Source: Lachnoclostridium sp. UBA6475
GTDB lineage: Bacteria > Bacillota > Clostridia > Lachnospirales > Lachnospiraceae
Direction of reading: 5' to 3'
NCBI GenBank assembly: GCA_002435545.1
Contig: DJNB01000257.1
Location: 1 to 37,138 of the forward strand
Length of the DNA: 37,138 nt
In this document: positions 9,767 to 18,783 of the stretch, piece by piece
Layout: the number at the start of each line of letters is the position of its first letter
Numbering within the stretch: the stretch's first letter is position 1
The notes under the pieces: generated by a model
Told to the model about the DNA's origin: nothing
What the model saw: only the letters and a program-made list of their open reading frames with translations
The model's database searches: none
Translations under genes and position numbers: made by a program

Positions 9767-10192
9767 ATGGAAATCGAAACAATATCAAATGTAAATTCAA
9801 ATTATGGTACCACAGAGGTTGTGCGTACGACACCAAAGACAACAACCGGTGAGAGCGCAAATATCGAGTCGCCAAATCCGGCGCTGGATGTACCACAGGT
9901 TCATACAGCAAATGCAAAGGGAAATGCTGGACAGCAGGGAGGCAGTAACCAGCAGAAGAAAGAGCATGCGGCAAGCGAAGCATCGATTAACGATGCGGTA
10001 TCTAAGGCAAATCTTAAGATGGAGCATACAAGATGCGAATATTCTTATCATAAAGAGACGAACCGTGTGTCTATTAAAGTATTGAATGCCGATACGGATG
10101 AAGTGATCCGTGAGATCCCGCCGGAAAAATCTTTGGATATGTTACAGAAGATGTGGGAAATGGCAGGAATCCTTGTAGACGAAAAGAGATAA
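9767..10192 (+). CDS. flaG: Flagellar protein FlaG
   Basis: C-terminal YSYHKETNRVSIKVLNADTDEVIREIPPEKSLDM..GILVDEKR. ATG 9767 follows a GGAGGT RBS. Confidence 0.92.
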   Translation: MEIETISNVNSNYGTTEVVRTTPKTTTGESANIESPNPALDVPQVHTANAKGNAGQQGGSNQQKKEHAASEASINDAVSKANLKMEHTRCEYSYHKETNRVSIKVLNADTDEVIREIPPEKSLDMLQKMWEMAGILVDEKR

Positions 10193-10204
10193 GGAGGAGA
10201 TAAT

Positions 10205-12469
10205 ATGGCAATTCGAATGAGTGGTCTGTCCTCAGGACTTGACACCGAAGCGATCGTAGGTGCCCTGATGTCAGCACAGAGTTTGAAAAAGACCAAGTTG
10301 ACACAGGCGAAGACAAAGTTAGAGTGGACGCAGACGAAATGGAAAGAACTGAATACCAAATTATATAAACTGTATTCGGAGCAGGTTTCCAAATTACAGT
10401 TACAGTCATCGTACATGACGAAAAAAGCGACATCTTCCGATGAGACAAAAGCAAAGATCACCGCTTCTGCGAAAGCAGTAAACGGAAGTTATACGATGGA
10501 AGTAAAAAATATTGCCACAGCGCAGTACCTTACCGGAAGTAAGATCAATGCCACCAGCGGAAATACGAAGATGTCAGAATTGGATCCTGCACTGGTAAAC
10601 AAAGAAGTAGAAGTTAAAGCAGGCGACAAGACGACCAAATTCACGATTACGGAAGATACAACGATCAATGATTTTACAAGTGAATTGAAAAAAGCAGGTC
10701 TGAATGCAAACTTTGATACTACGCAGAAACGTTTGTTTATCAGCAGTAAAGACAGCGGCCTTTCCAATGCTTTCTCGATCACCACTTCCGGAATCAGTGA
10801 TACGGAAATAACGGCGAGAAAGAATTTGCGTGATGCGGTCGGTTACGACAGTATGTCCACGGCAAATAAAAACATTGTCGATGAAGCAATGAAAAAACTG
10901 GAGACATCCGGCGTCGATACAGCAGAATATCAGGAAGCACTGGATGCGATCACGGGAGCAGCGTTGAACACCCGGACCGAGAAGACAGAGGCAGCGGCAT
11001 CTACGTATGTAAAGGCAAAATTATACAGTGATAATTATGCTTCCTATGAGGAAAAAGCAAAAGAGAGTCTGAAGTCTACTTACTTTACAGACGATGGTGA
11101 AGTAAAAGACGAATTAAAGACAAAATATGCGGAAGAATTTAACATATATACGCAGGAAGAGAAAGAAAAACTTGGCGTTGAAAACATGACAGAGGAAGAA
11201 TATGTCAATTGGCGCGCCAATAAGGTATATGATGAAGCAGTTGCCAAACAGGCAGACAGCGACACGACAAGTTTTGTAAATAATCAGATCAGTTCCGATG
11301 AAGAGACAAAACTTGCAGTAAAAGAGGCAGCTTATGCCGGCAAGACAGAAGATGAGATCCGGGCTTTGGACAGCCGGGCATTGACGAAATATTATGGTTC
11401 CGGCAACGATGCAGATCCACTTAATATTTCTGCAATCGAAGGAACATCAACATTTAGTGCCGACAGCATTAAAAATGATATTTCAAGTGTTGTCAGTGAT
11501 TATGCTTCGGTTGCTGACCGTACGTATGCTTTGAGCGATTCTGCTTTGACGGGTATTGGTCTGGCAGATATTAAGGTTGACGACGACGGTAATGTGACAG
11601 TAAATGGAAAGACAGATGGAACCCTTCCGGAGGATATGGGCTTGGTAAAAGCATCCGACAGTGAGATCCTTCTGAACGGAGCGAAGATGACATCCTCCTC
11701 TTCCACTGTTTCCGTAAATGGATTGAATATTGAGCTGACCGGCCTTACAAAAGCAGGAGAGTCAATTACATTCACGGTATCCAGCGACACCGATGCGGTA
11801 TATAACACGATCAAGAATTTCTTTACCGAGTATAATGCTCTGATGAAAGAAATGAATGAATTGTACAATGCCGACACCGCAAAAGGGTACGAACCTCTGA
11901 CAAGTGAACAGAAAAAAGAAATGTCAGACGATGATATAAAATTGTGGGAAGATAAGATCAAAGCATCCCTGCTCCGTGGAGACAGTTCACTGGGTTCCGT
12001 TCGCAGTGCGATGCGAAATACCATGATGAGCCAGGTAACTTACGAGGGCAAGACATATTCTCTGGCAAGTTTTGGAATCTGTACTTCCACAGACTATACA
12101 GAAGGCGGATTGTATCATATTTATGGTGACAGTGAAGATTCTGTATATGCAGATAAGGATGATAAACTGAAAAAGGCACTGGCAGAAGATCCGGATGCTG
12201 TAGTAAGTGTACTTTCCGACATCTTTAGCAAACTTCGTACTACAATGAGTGAGAAGATGGCAGGAAGCAAAGTCAGCAGTTCCCAGACGTTTTATAGTGA
12301 TATCAAGATGAAAGATGATATCAAAGATTATGAAAAACAGATCAAAGAATGGGAGACAAAGCTGGCAGACATGGAAGATGCTTACTATAGTAAGTTTACC
12401 GCGATGGAGACTGCACTTGCAAAGCTCCAGTCCCAGCAGAGTTCTTTATCCGGTTTGTTTGGAAATTAA
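10205..12469 (+). CDS. fliD: Flagellar filament cap protein FliD (754 aa, large central insertion)
   Basis: MAIRMSGLSSGLDTEAIV N-terminus and C-terminal YYSKFTAMETALAKLQSQQSSL. Confidence 0.95.
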   Translation: MAIRMSGLSSGLDTEAIVGALMSAQSLKKTKLTQAKTKLEWTQTKWKELNTKLYKLYSEQVSKLQLQSSYMTKKATSSDETKAKITASAKAVNGSYTMEVKNIATAQYLTGSKINATSGNTKMSELDPALVNKEVEVKAGDKTTKFTITEDTTINDFTSELKKAGLNANFDTTQKRLFISSKDSGLSNAFSITTSGISDTEITARKNLRDAVGYDSMSTANKNIVDEAMKKLETSGVDTAEYQEALDAITGAALNTRTEKTEAAASTYVKAKLYSDNYASYEEKAKESLKSTYFTDDGEVKDELKTKYAEEFNIYTQEEKEKLGVENMTEEEYVNWRANKVYDEAVAKQADSDTTSFVNNQISSDEETKLAVKEAAYAGKTEDEIRALDSRALTKYYGSGNDADPLNISAIEGTSTFSADSIKNDISSVVSDYASVADRTYALSDSALTGIGLADIKVDDDGNVTVNGKTDGTLPEDMGLVKASDSEILLNGAKMTSSSSTVSVNGLNIELTGLTKAGESITFTVSSDTDAVYNTIKNFFTEYNALMKEMNELYNADTAKGYEPLTSEQKKEMSDDDIKLWEDKIKASLLRGDSSLGSVRSAMRNTMMSQVTYEGKTYSLASFGICTSTDYTEGGLYHIYGDSEDSVYADKDDKLKKALAEDPDAVVSVLSDIFSKLRTTMSEKMAGSKVSSSQTFYSDIKMKDDIKDYEKQIKEWETKLADMEDAYYSKFTAMETALAKLQSQQSSLSGLFGN

Positions 12470-12492
12470 GTAAAACAGAAGAATAAAAATTG

Positions 12493-12530
12493 GCGCAAGA
12501 GTATGAAGAGATTTCTTTATACTCTTGTGC
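12493..12530 (+). other. 17-bp stem-loop between fliD and fliS (no U-tract)
   Basis: GCGCAAGAGTATGAAGA-GATT-TCTTTATACTCTTGTGC pairs fully, with two G-U pairs. Confidence 0.7.
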
Positions 12531-12555
12531 TGAATCATCAGAACGGGAGGAAACT

Positions 12556-12933
12556 ATGGATCAGAGAGCGATCAATGCATATCAGAAAAATGCAATTATG
12601 ACAGCTTCCAAGGCAGAATTGACGCTGATGCTTTACGACGGAGCGATCAAATTCTGTAACATTGCTTTGAGTGGATTTGAAAAAAAAGAGTATGAAAAGA
12701 TCAACACCAATTTGAAAAAAGCACAGGCGATCATTACAGAGTTTCGTGCTACCCTGGATCACAAATATCCGGTATGGGAAGATTTTGAAAGAGTCTATGA
12801 TTACATTTACCGATGCCTGATAGATGCAAATATTCACAAAGACGAAGAAAAATTACAGGAAGCGCTTAAATATATCCGCGAAATGCGGGAGACCTGGAAA
12901 GAAGTGATGCGTCTCAATAAAGCAGGCAAATAG
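12556..12933 (+). CDS. fliS: Flagellin chaperone FliS
   Basis: NAYQKNAIMTASKAELTLMLYDGAIKF..KAQAIITE..TWKEV. ATG 12556 follows GGGAGG. Confidence 0.95.
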   Translation: MDQRAINAYQKNAIMTASKAELTLMLYDGAIKFCNIALSGFEKKEYEKINTNLKKAQAIITEFRATLDHKYPVWEDFERVYDYIYRCLIDANIHKDEEKLQEALKYIREMRETWKEVMRLNKAGK

Positions 12934-12948
12934 TAAGGATGTGACAGG

Positions 12949-13434
12949 ATGGCAATAGAAGAAGTTTATGTCAATATGATGGTTGACACACTGGAACGGA
13001 AAAAAGCGATATTACAACAGATCCTTCATCAGACCAAAGAGCAGGAAACACTTTTGAAAGATGAAGAGATGGACGTGGATGCCTTTCAGAGGATTCTTGA
13101 TCTGAAAGGTGAAGAAATCGAAAAACTGAATCAGCTGGATGAAGGATTTGACACGCTGTTTCATCATGTGGAAAAAGAGATCAACGAAAACCGTATGGCA
13201 TATAAAAGCCGGATCCGGAAGATGCAGAAGCTGATTAATGAAGTGTCGGAAATGGGCATCCGGATTCAGGCGCTGGAACATCAAAACAGTGGACATTTTA
13301 AGATTTACCTTGCCAATCAAAAACAGGTGGTAAAGAAGTTCCATACCAATAACCGCACGGCGGCAAATTATTATCAGAACATGGCAAATGCCCATAAACC
13401 GGGCAGTTCTTACTTTTTTAACGAGACAAAATAA
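12949..13434 (+). CDS. FliT/FlgN-like flagellar chaperone
   Basis: All-helical 161-aa protein after fliS (KGEEIEKLNQLDEGF, FFNETK terminus), in the position typical of fliT. Confidence 0.65.
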   Translation: MAIEEVYVNMMVDTLERKKAILQQILHQTKEQETLLKDEEMDVDAFQRILDLKGEEIEKLNQLDEGFDTLFHHVEKEINENRMAYKSRIRKMQKLINEVSEMGIRIQALEHQNSGHFKIYLANQKQVVKKFHTNNRTAANYYQNMANAHKPGSSYFFNETK

Positions 13435-13488
13435 AAAAAGTAAAAAAAATGAAAAAAAAGGTTAAGTTTTCAAAAAGACCACCGATAT
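13433..13488 (+). promoter_or_regulatory. Sigma-28-type flagellin promoter with upstream phased A-tracts (UP element-like)
   Basis: TTAAG (13462-13466) then ACCGATAT (13481-13488). Three A7-8 tracts at ~10-bp spacing over 13433-13459. Confidence 0.8.
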
Positions 13489-13594
13489 ATATTATGTAAG
13501 AAAGATAGTAACTAAAGTAGGGAAGCAACTTTGGTGCAGGGCCCGCATCAAAGCCTTACTACTTTAGATATTATAAAAATCAAATTAAAAAAAT

Positions 13595-13627
13595 ATCGGC
13601 AGGGAAGCCGATTTAAATTCAAGGAGG
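13595..13627 (+). promoter_or_regulatory. Putative CsrA-binding sites in the flagellin leader
   Basis: Hairpin ATCGGC-AGGGAA-GCCGAT (13595-13612) presents ANGGA in the loop, and a second AAGGA overlaps the SD. fliW-csrA lie in the same locus. Confidence 0.75.
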
Positions 13628-13635
13628 AATGACTT

Positions 13636-14442
13636 ATGATAGTACAACACAACATTACATCAATGAACGCTAACAGACAGTTAGGTATCGTAGGAAACAA
13701 TTTGGCAAAGGCTACTGAGAAACTTTCCAGTGGTTACAGAATCAACCGTGCAGCAGACGATGCAGCAGGTCTTGCAATTTCTGAGAAGATGCGTTCTCAG
13801 GTTCGTGGTTTGAATCGTGCATCTGACAATGCTCAGGATGGTATTTCTTTGATTCAGACAGCTGAAGGTGCTTTGGATCAGAAACATGCAATCTTGCAGA
13901 GAACTCGTGAGCTGGTAGTTCAGGCTTCCAACACCGCTGTATTGGATTCCAGCACAGCCGATGTTGACAAGATTAACGATGAGATTAAGGAACTTAAGAA
14001 AGAGTACGACCGTATCGATAGTGATACAGAGTTCAACAAGAAGAAACTTTTGGATGGTAATTACAACGGTTATCTTCAGATCGGTGCTAACAAAGAGCAG
14101 GGTTATGAGTTGACAATCTCAAGTACTGCTTGGACAGCTATCACATTGACAAATGATGGTAAAGCAAACTCTGGTCAGCTTGAGACAGTAGATACTATGA
14201 TTAAAACCGTATCTAGCGTTCGTAGTAAACTGGGTGCTCAGCAGAACCGTCTTGAGTACACTGTAAAAGTAGATGACAACACCGCTGAAAACATGCAGGC
14301 AGCAGAATCTCGTATCCGTGATACAGATATGGCTGATGAAATGACAAGATTCTCGAAAGAGAGCATCTTGCAGCAGGCTGCTACTTCAATGCTTGCTCAG
14401 GCAAATCAGGCAAATCAGGGTGTTCTTTCACTTCTTCAGTAA
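13636..14442 (+). CDS. fliC: Flagellin, short form (268 aa, no D2/D3)
   Basis: MIVQHN..EKLSSGYRINRAADDAAGLAISEKMRSQ and C-terminal RSKLGAQQNRLE..AESRIRDTDMADEM..QANQ..VLSLLQ. Confidence 0.98.
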   Translation: MIVQHNITSMNANRQLGIVGNNLAKATEKLSSGYRINRAADDAAGLAISEKMRSQVRGLNRASDNAQDGISLIQTAEGALDQKHAILQRTRELVVQASNTAVLDSSTADVDKINDEIKELKKEYDRIDSDTEFNKKKLLDGNYNGYLQIGANKEQGYELTISSTAWTAITLTNDGKANSGQLETVDTMIKTVSSVRSKLGAQQNRLEYTVKVDDNTAENMQAAESRIRDTDMADEMTRFSKESILQQAATSMLAQANQANQGVLSLLQ

Positions 14443-14492
14443 TTGATGTTTTGAATTCATTACAACAGAACAAGTTGTACGAACACATAGTT

Positions 14493-14530
14493 AAAGGGAG
14501 AATCCTGAGAGATTGGGGTTCTCCTTTTTT
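14493..14530 (+). terminator. Rho-independent terminator after flagellin
   Basis: AAAGGGAGAATCCTGA-GAGA-TTGGGGTTCTCCTTTTTT: stem with G-U pairs followed by a T run. Confidence 0.8.
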
Positions 14531-14559
14531 CGTATTCAAAAGAGAGAAAGGGAAGCAGT

Positions 14560-16866
14560 ATGGAGTTTTTGGATTCTTATTTTGAGGATGAAGTGCGGGA
14601 AGGATTTCCGGTATCCGGTTTGATGAAACGTGCCTGGGCGGCACAGCTGCAATTGTTTGATGAAGTCAGGAAAGTATGTGAAAAGCATGGAATCACATAT
14701 TTTGCAGAATGGGGAACACTGCTAGGGGCAGTTCGCCACGGTGGAATGATTCCGTGGGATGATGATCTGGATATTTGTATGAAGCGAAAGGATTTTCAAC
14801 GCTTTCTTTCTGTTGTGAAAGAACTGCCGGAAGGATGCTGGATTCAGGATTTTCGCGTTTCAGAAGACCACGATGATCTTATTGCCAAAATTGTGAATAC
14901 GCGATCGAATTTTTTGAATGAAAAACAGTTGGAAATATATCATGGGTTTCCTTATCATTGTGGTATTGATATTTTTGTATATGATTTTTTCCCGGCAGAT
15001 CAGAAGGAAAAAGAAGAATATATTTCGTTACTTCAGGATATTGTAAAAATCGTTCGCTTGTTAAGCTGCCGTGAAGAGACGAGAGAACAGATAAGTGATG
15101 AAAAACTGGAACAGTGTCTGAGACGATTAGAAGATTTATGTGGGATAACATTTGATCGAAAACATTCATTAACACAGCAGATATATGAGCTGCTTGAGAC
15201 AAGGATTGCGCCTCTGTATAGCGAACAGGAATCCGATGAATTGACAAATATTCCTAAATTCGGCATTAATCCGGAATATCGTATGCCTAAGAGCTGCTTT
15301 GAGGAATCTTTTGAAATTCCATTTGAGATGACAAAGATCCGGGTGCCGGCAGGGTATGACCATTTGCTGGATCATTGCAAATACGGAAATTACATGAATC
15401 CGGTACGGGCAGATGGAATGCATGATTACCCATTTTACAAGGAATTGAATGAGTATGTATTAAAAAATTCCGAGACGGCACTTCTGGAATATGTGTTTCA
15501 AAAAGAAGATCTCGAAGCGCATCCGCATTGTGAAGAAAAAAGTTTGAAACAGAGGGCAGGTGAGTATGCCGGTTTGTTTGCGGAAACCGGGCAGAGTATC
15601 CGGCAGTTTCTTTTGGAGAATGACTATGATACTGTAAAACAGCTGACAGCAGACTGTCAAAATCTGTCAATTCAGATCGGGACGGAAATAGAGAATGCCT
15701 ATGGGAGACTGGCGATTATTGAAGTGCTTGAGGAGTACTGCGAATTCCTTTATCGGATTTATGAGAAACTGGAAAAAGAAGGAAAACTTTCTGAGACAGA
15801 GGAGATCATCCTGGCGTGGCAGGGGTATGACGATAAAATGCAGTCTGCTTTTGGAGAATTTATGCAGAGACAGGAAATGGTATTTATTCCATATAAGTCC
15901 GATTACTGGCATACGATGCAGCCGTTGTGGAAACAGGCAGGCGAGGAAGAAAATGACGTGACGGTCATTCCGGCGCCGTATTATTACCGCGATTGTTATG
16001 GTGGTGTGAAAAGGGACACCATGCAGTACGAGATGGAAAATTTCCCGGAAAATGTGGTGCTGACAAATTATCTGGAGTATGATTTTAAGAAACATCAGCC
16101 AGATGTGATCGTAATTCAGTGCCCTTATGATGAATACAATTACGGAATAACGATGCATCCATTCTTTTATGCAAAAAATCTGCGGCAGTATACCCGGAAA
16201 TTAGTCTATGTTCCGGCATTGATCGTGGATGAAACTTATGGTATTGACGAACATATGAGAGAAATGCTGCGGCCGTACTGCAATACGCCGGGTGTGGTTT
16301 TTGCAGATGAAGTAATCGTTCCTTCTGATACTATGAAGCAGGCATATGTAGATATTTTGACCGAATTTGCGGGCGAAGAGACGAATTCAATCTGGCAGGA
16401 AAAGATTACAGTCAGGGAAGAAGTGAAGAATGCCGTGCCGGATGGCCAAAATACACAGGCGGAGCTTCCGGAGGAGTGGACGAAGAAACTTCAGAAGCCG
16501 GATGGTTCTGCAAAGAGAATAGTGTTATATACTACGAGTGCCAGTGCGTTGTACTGTTATGGTGAAGAGGCATTGGGAAGAATACAAAATGTACTGGATG
16601 AGTACAAAGAAAAGCAGGAAGAAACGGTATTATGGTGGTTTCCGGACAAAAATGTACGTCAGATCATGCGAAAGAGAAATCCTGCCATTTGGAGAAAATA
16701 TTGTGATATCCTGCAGAACTACAAAGAGGCGGCATGGGGAATTTTAGATGATTCGGGCGATGCTGCAAGAGCCGTGGCTGTCTGTGATGCTGCGGTCGGT
16801 GATGGTGGTGTGTTATTGCACAAATGTCGTAATGCAGGAAAAGAAATTACGCTGCAAAAATATTAA
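14560..16866 (+). CDS. LicD-family phosphotransferase fused to a helical linker and a C-terminal glycerophosphotransferase/GT-B-like region (768 aa)
   Basis: LicD motif YFAEWGTLLGAVRHGGMIPWDDDLDI..GIDIF. C-terminal VFIPYK..VIPAPYY..PDVIVIQCPYDEYN..HPFFY..LVYVP; the identity of that domain is inferred. Confidence 0.82.
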   Translation: MEFLDSYFEDEVREGFPVSGLMKRAWAAQLQLFDEVRKVCEKHGITYFAEWGTLLGAVRHGGMIPWDDDLDICMKRKDFQRFLSVVKELPEGCWIQDFRVSEDHDDLIAKIVNTRSNFLNEKQLEIYHGFPYHCGIDIFVYDFFPADQKEKEEYISLLQDIVKIVRLLSCREETREQISDEKLEQCLRRLEDLCGITFDRKHSLTQQIYELLETRIAPLYSEQESDELTNIPKFGINPEYRMPKSCFEESFEIPFEMTKIRVPAGYDHLLDHCKYGNYMNPVRADGMHDYPFYKELNEYVLKNSETALLEYVFQKEDLEAHPHCEEKSLKQRAGEYAGLFAETGQSIRQFLLENDYDTVKQLTADCQNLSIQIGTEIENAYGRLAIIEVLEEYCEFLYRIYEKLEKEGKLSETEEIILAWQGYDDKMQSAFGEFMQRQEMVFIPYKSDYWHTMQPLWKQAGEEENDVTVIPAPYYYRDCYGGVKRDTMQYEMENFPENVVLTNYLEYDFKKHQPDVIVIQCPYDEYNYGITMHPFFYAKNLRQYTRKLVYVPALIVDETYGIDEHMREMLRPYCNTPGVVFADEVIVPSDTMKQAYVDILTEFAGEETNSIWQEKITVREEVKNAVPDGQNTQAELPEEWTKKLQKPDGSAKRIVLYTTSASALYCYGEEALGRIQNVLDEYKEKQEETVLWWFPDKNVRQIMRKRNPAIWRKYCDILQNYKEAAWGILDDSGDAARAVAVCDAAVGDGGVLLHKCRNAGKEITLQKY

Positions 16867-16884
16867 AAGCGAGGAGGGACTGTC

Positions 16885-18783
16885 ATGAACTTTCCGGATT
16901 CCTATTTTGAAGATGAAGTGCGAGAAGGGTTCTTCGTTCCCAGTTTGATGAAACGAGCCTGGGCGGCGCAGATGGAACTCTTAGAAATTGTACAGAATAT
17001 ATGTGACAAACACCAGATTCCAATGTATGCGGAGTGGGGGACACTGCTTGGTGCCGTGCGGCACAAGGGGCGGATTCCCTGGGACGATGACATTGATATG
17101 TGTATGCTGCGTGAAGACTATGAAAGGTTTTCAAAGATTGTTGAATCGGAGCTTCCGGAAGGATGCTGGTTTATCGATTTTCATCAGGTAAAAGATGCAG
17201 ATTTTATGCTGGGTCGGGTAATGAATTCAAAGTTTCATGTCGTAGAGGGCGAGATGCTGGAAAAGTATCATGGATTTCCGTATGTTGCGGGAATTGACAT
17301 TTTCTGGCTGGATTCTCTGCCGGAAGATGAGACCGTTTGTAAAAACTATCAGGAACAGATTAATTTGATCTACCGGGTGATGCTGGCGCTGCAGTATGGA
17401 GAAGATTTTTCTAAAAAAATGTCAGATAAAGAGATTGAATACCATATCTGCCAGGTGGAAAAAATGTGTGGAGTTTCCCTGCGGCGAAATACCTCTCTTC
17501 GAGAACAGCTGGCAGATCTTTTGGAAAAAAAGACGTGGGAAATGGGACAGGAGAAAAGTTCAGGCGAGATTACCAATGTGTATTTATGGCGTAAGAATGC
17601 CTGTTATCATCTGCCGAAAGAAGCTTATCAGACAGAAAAATATATCCCATTTGAAAATACAAAGATCCGTGTGCCGGATCGATATGAGGAGATCCTGGCG
17701 AGAAAATATGGAGAAAATTGGAAAGTGCCGATCCGTTGCGGCGGACTGCATGATTATCCTTCGTATGCAAAGCAGCAGAAATTTTTGAAGGAAAATGAGG
17801 CAGGAGAATTGTTTGCTTATCATTTTTCGAAAGAAGAAATGGAGAAAGTCCGGGCAGAACGGGAGAAAAAGGTGACGTTACGGGAAGAAGTGGAGGCATT
17901 TCTTCCGCTGTTTAGCGAGATTCATGAAGAAATCGAAGAGACCATACAAAGGACAGAGTGGAACACGGTGCTTTCACTGCTTGGAGAGTGCCAAAATACG
18001 GCAATCCAGGTTGGAACTCGTGTAGAAGAACAAAAAGGCGGAGAGTGCAGTATTGTAAAAAAATGGGAAAACTACTGTGAAACTGTATTTGGCATCCATC
18101 AAGAGATCGGTGAAGAAAGCTGGGGGGATCCGGAGGTGTATGCACATGATGTACGGGAACGGTTAAATGCAGAAATTCTTGACATCACGGCTCATTTGGA
18201 TGAATTAAAAGAAAAGAAAGAAATTGTATTTATTCCATATAAAGCGGCTTTATGGCAGGGCGGCATGCAGCGTGCCTGGGAAGAGGCAGTGCAGCGGGAA
18301 GATGCGGAAGTTTATGTGATTCCTGCGCCGTATTATTATAAAGATGCTTATGGAAGGGCAAAAACAGAAAAAGTCTGCTATGAGACGGGAGATTACCCGG
18401 CAGATGTGAAGATCACAAACTATGAAGAGTATGATTTTCAGCTTCACCATCCGGACAGAATTGTAATCCAGTGTCCGTATGATGAATATAATTACGGAAT
18501 TACAATCCATCCATTTTTCTATGCGAAAAACCTGGTAAAATATACGGAAGATCTTGTCTATATTCCTGGACTTCAGATGGATGAAGCCGGGGAAGGCGAG
18601 GATCGTGAAAGATATAATCTGAAATCCTATTGCAATCTGCCCGGAGTGGTTTATGCAGACCATGTGATCGTGCAGTCCGGGCAGATGCAGAAGGTGTATG
18701 TAGAACTTTTGACAGAATTTGCAGGAGAAGATACAAAACCAATCTGGGAGGAGAAAATTTCTTCTTTTCCGGACAAATTATAA
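16885..18783 (+). CDS. Second LicD-family multidomain phosphotransferase (632 aa), paralog of the upstream gene
   Basis: Same architecture: DSYFEDEVREGF, WGTLLGAVRHKGRIPWDDDIDM, IVIQCPYDEYNYGITIHPFFYAKNL. Lacks the last ~150 aa of the paralog. Confidence 0.82.
   Translation: MNFPDSYFEDEVREGFFVPSLMKRAWAAQMELLEIVQNICDKHQIPMYAEWGTLLGAVRHKGRIPWDDDIDMCMLREDYERFSKIVESELPEGCWFIDFHQVKDADFMLGRVMNSKFHVVEGEMLEKYHGFPYVAGIDIFWLDSLPEDETVCKNYQEQINLIYRVMLALQYGEDFSKKMSDKEIEYHICQVEKMCGVSLRRNTSLREQLADLLEKKTWEMGQEKSSGEITNVYLWRKNACYHLPKEAYQTEKYIPFENTKIRVPDRYEEILARKYGENWKVPIRCGGLHDYPSYAKQQKFLKENEAGELFAYHFSKEEMEKVRAEREKKVTLREEVEAFLPLFSEIHEEIEETIQRTEWNTVLSLLGECQNTAIQVGTRVEEQKGGECSIVKKWENYCETVFGIHQEIGEESWGDPEVYAHDVRERLNAEILDITAHLDELKEKKEIVFIPYKAALWQGGMQRAWEEAVQREDAEVYVIPAPYYYKDAYGRAKTEKVCYETGDYPADVKITNYEEYDFQLHHPDRIVIQCPYDEYNYGITIHPFFYAKNLVKYTEDLVYIPGLQMDEAGEGEDRERYNLKSYCNLPGVVYADHVIVQSGQMQKVYVELLTEFAGEDTKPIWEEKISSFPDKL

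Noticed and set aside
7483..12946. Identical AAGGATGTGACA before flgL (7483) and the fliT-like gene (12935) as a dedicated CsrA/regulator box
   Set aside because: Adequately explained as a one-mismatch extended Shine-Dalgarno (AAGGAGGTGA). CsrA binding is not excluded but is unsupported.
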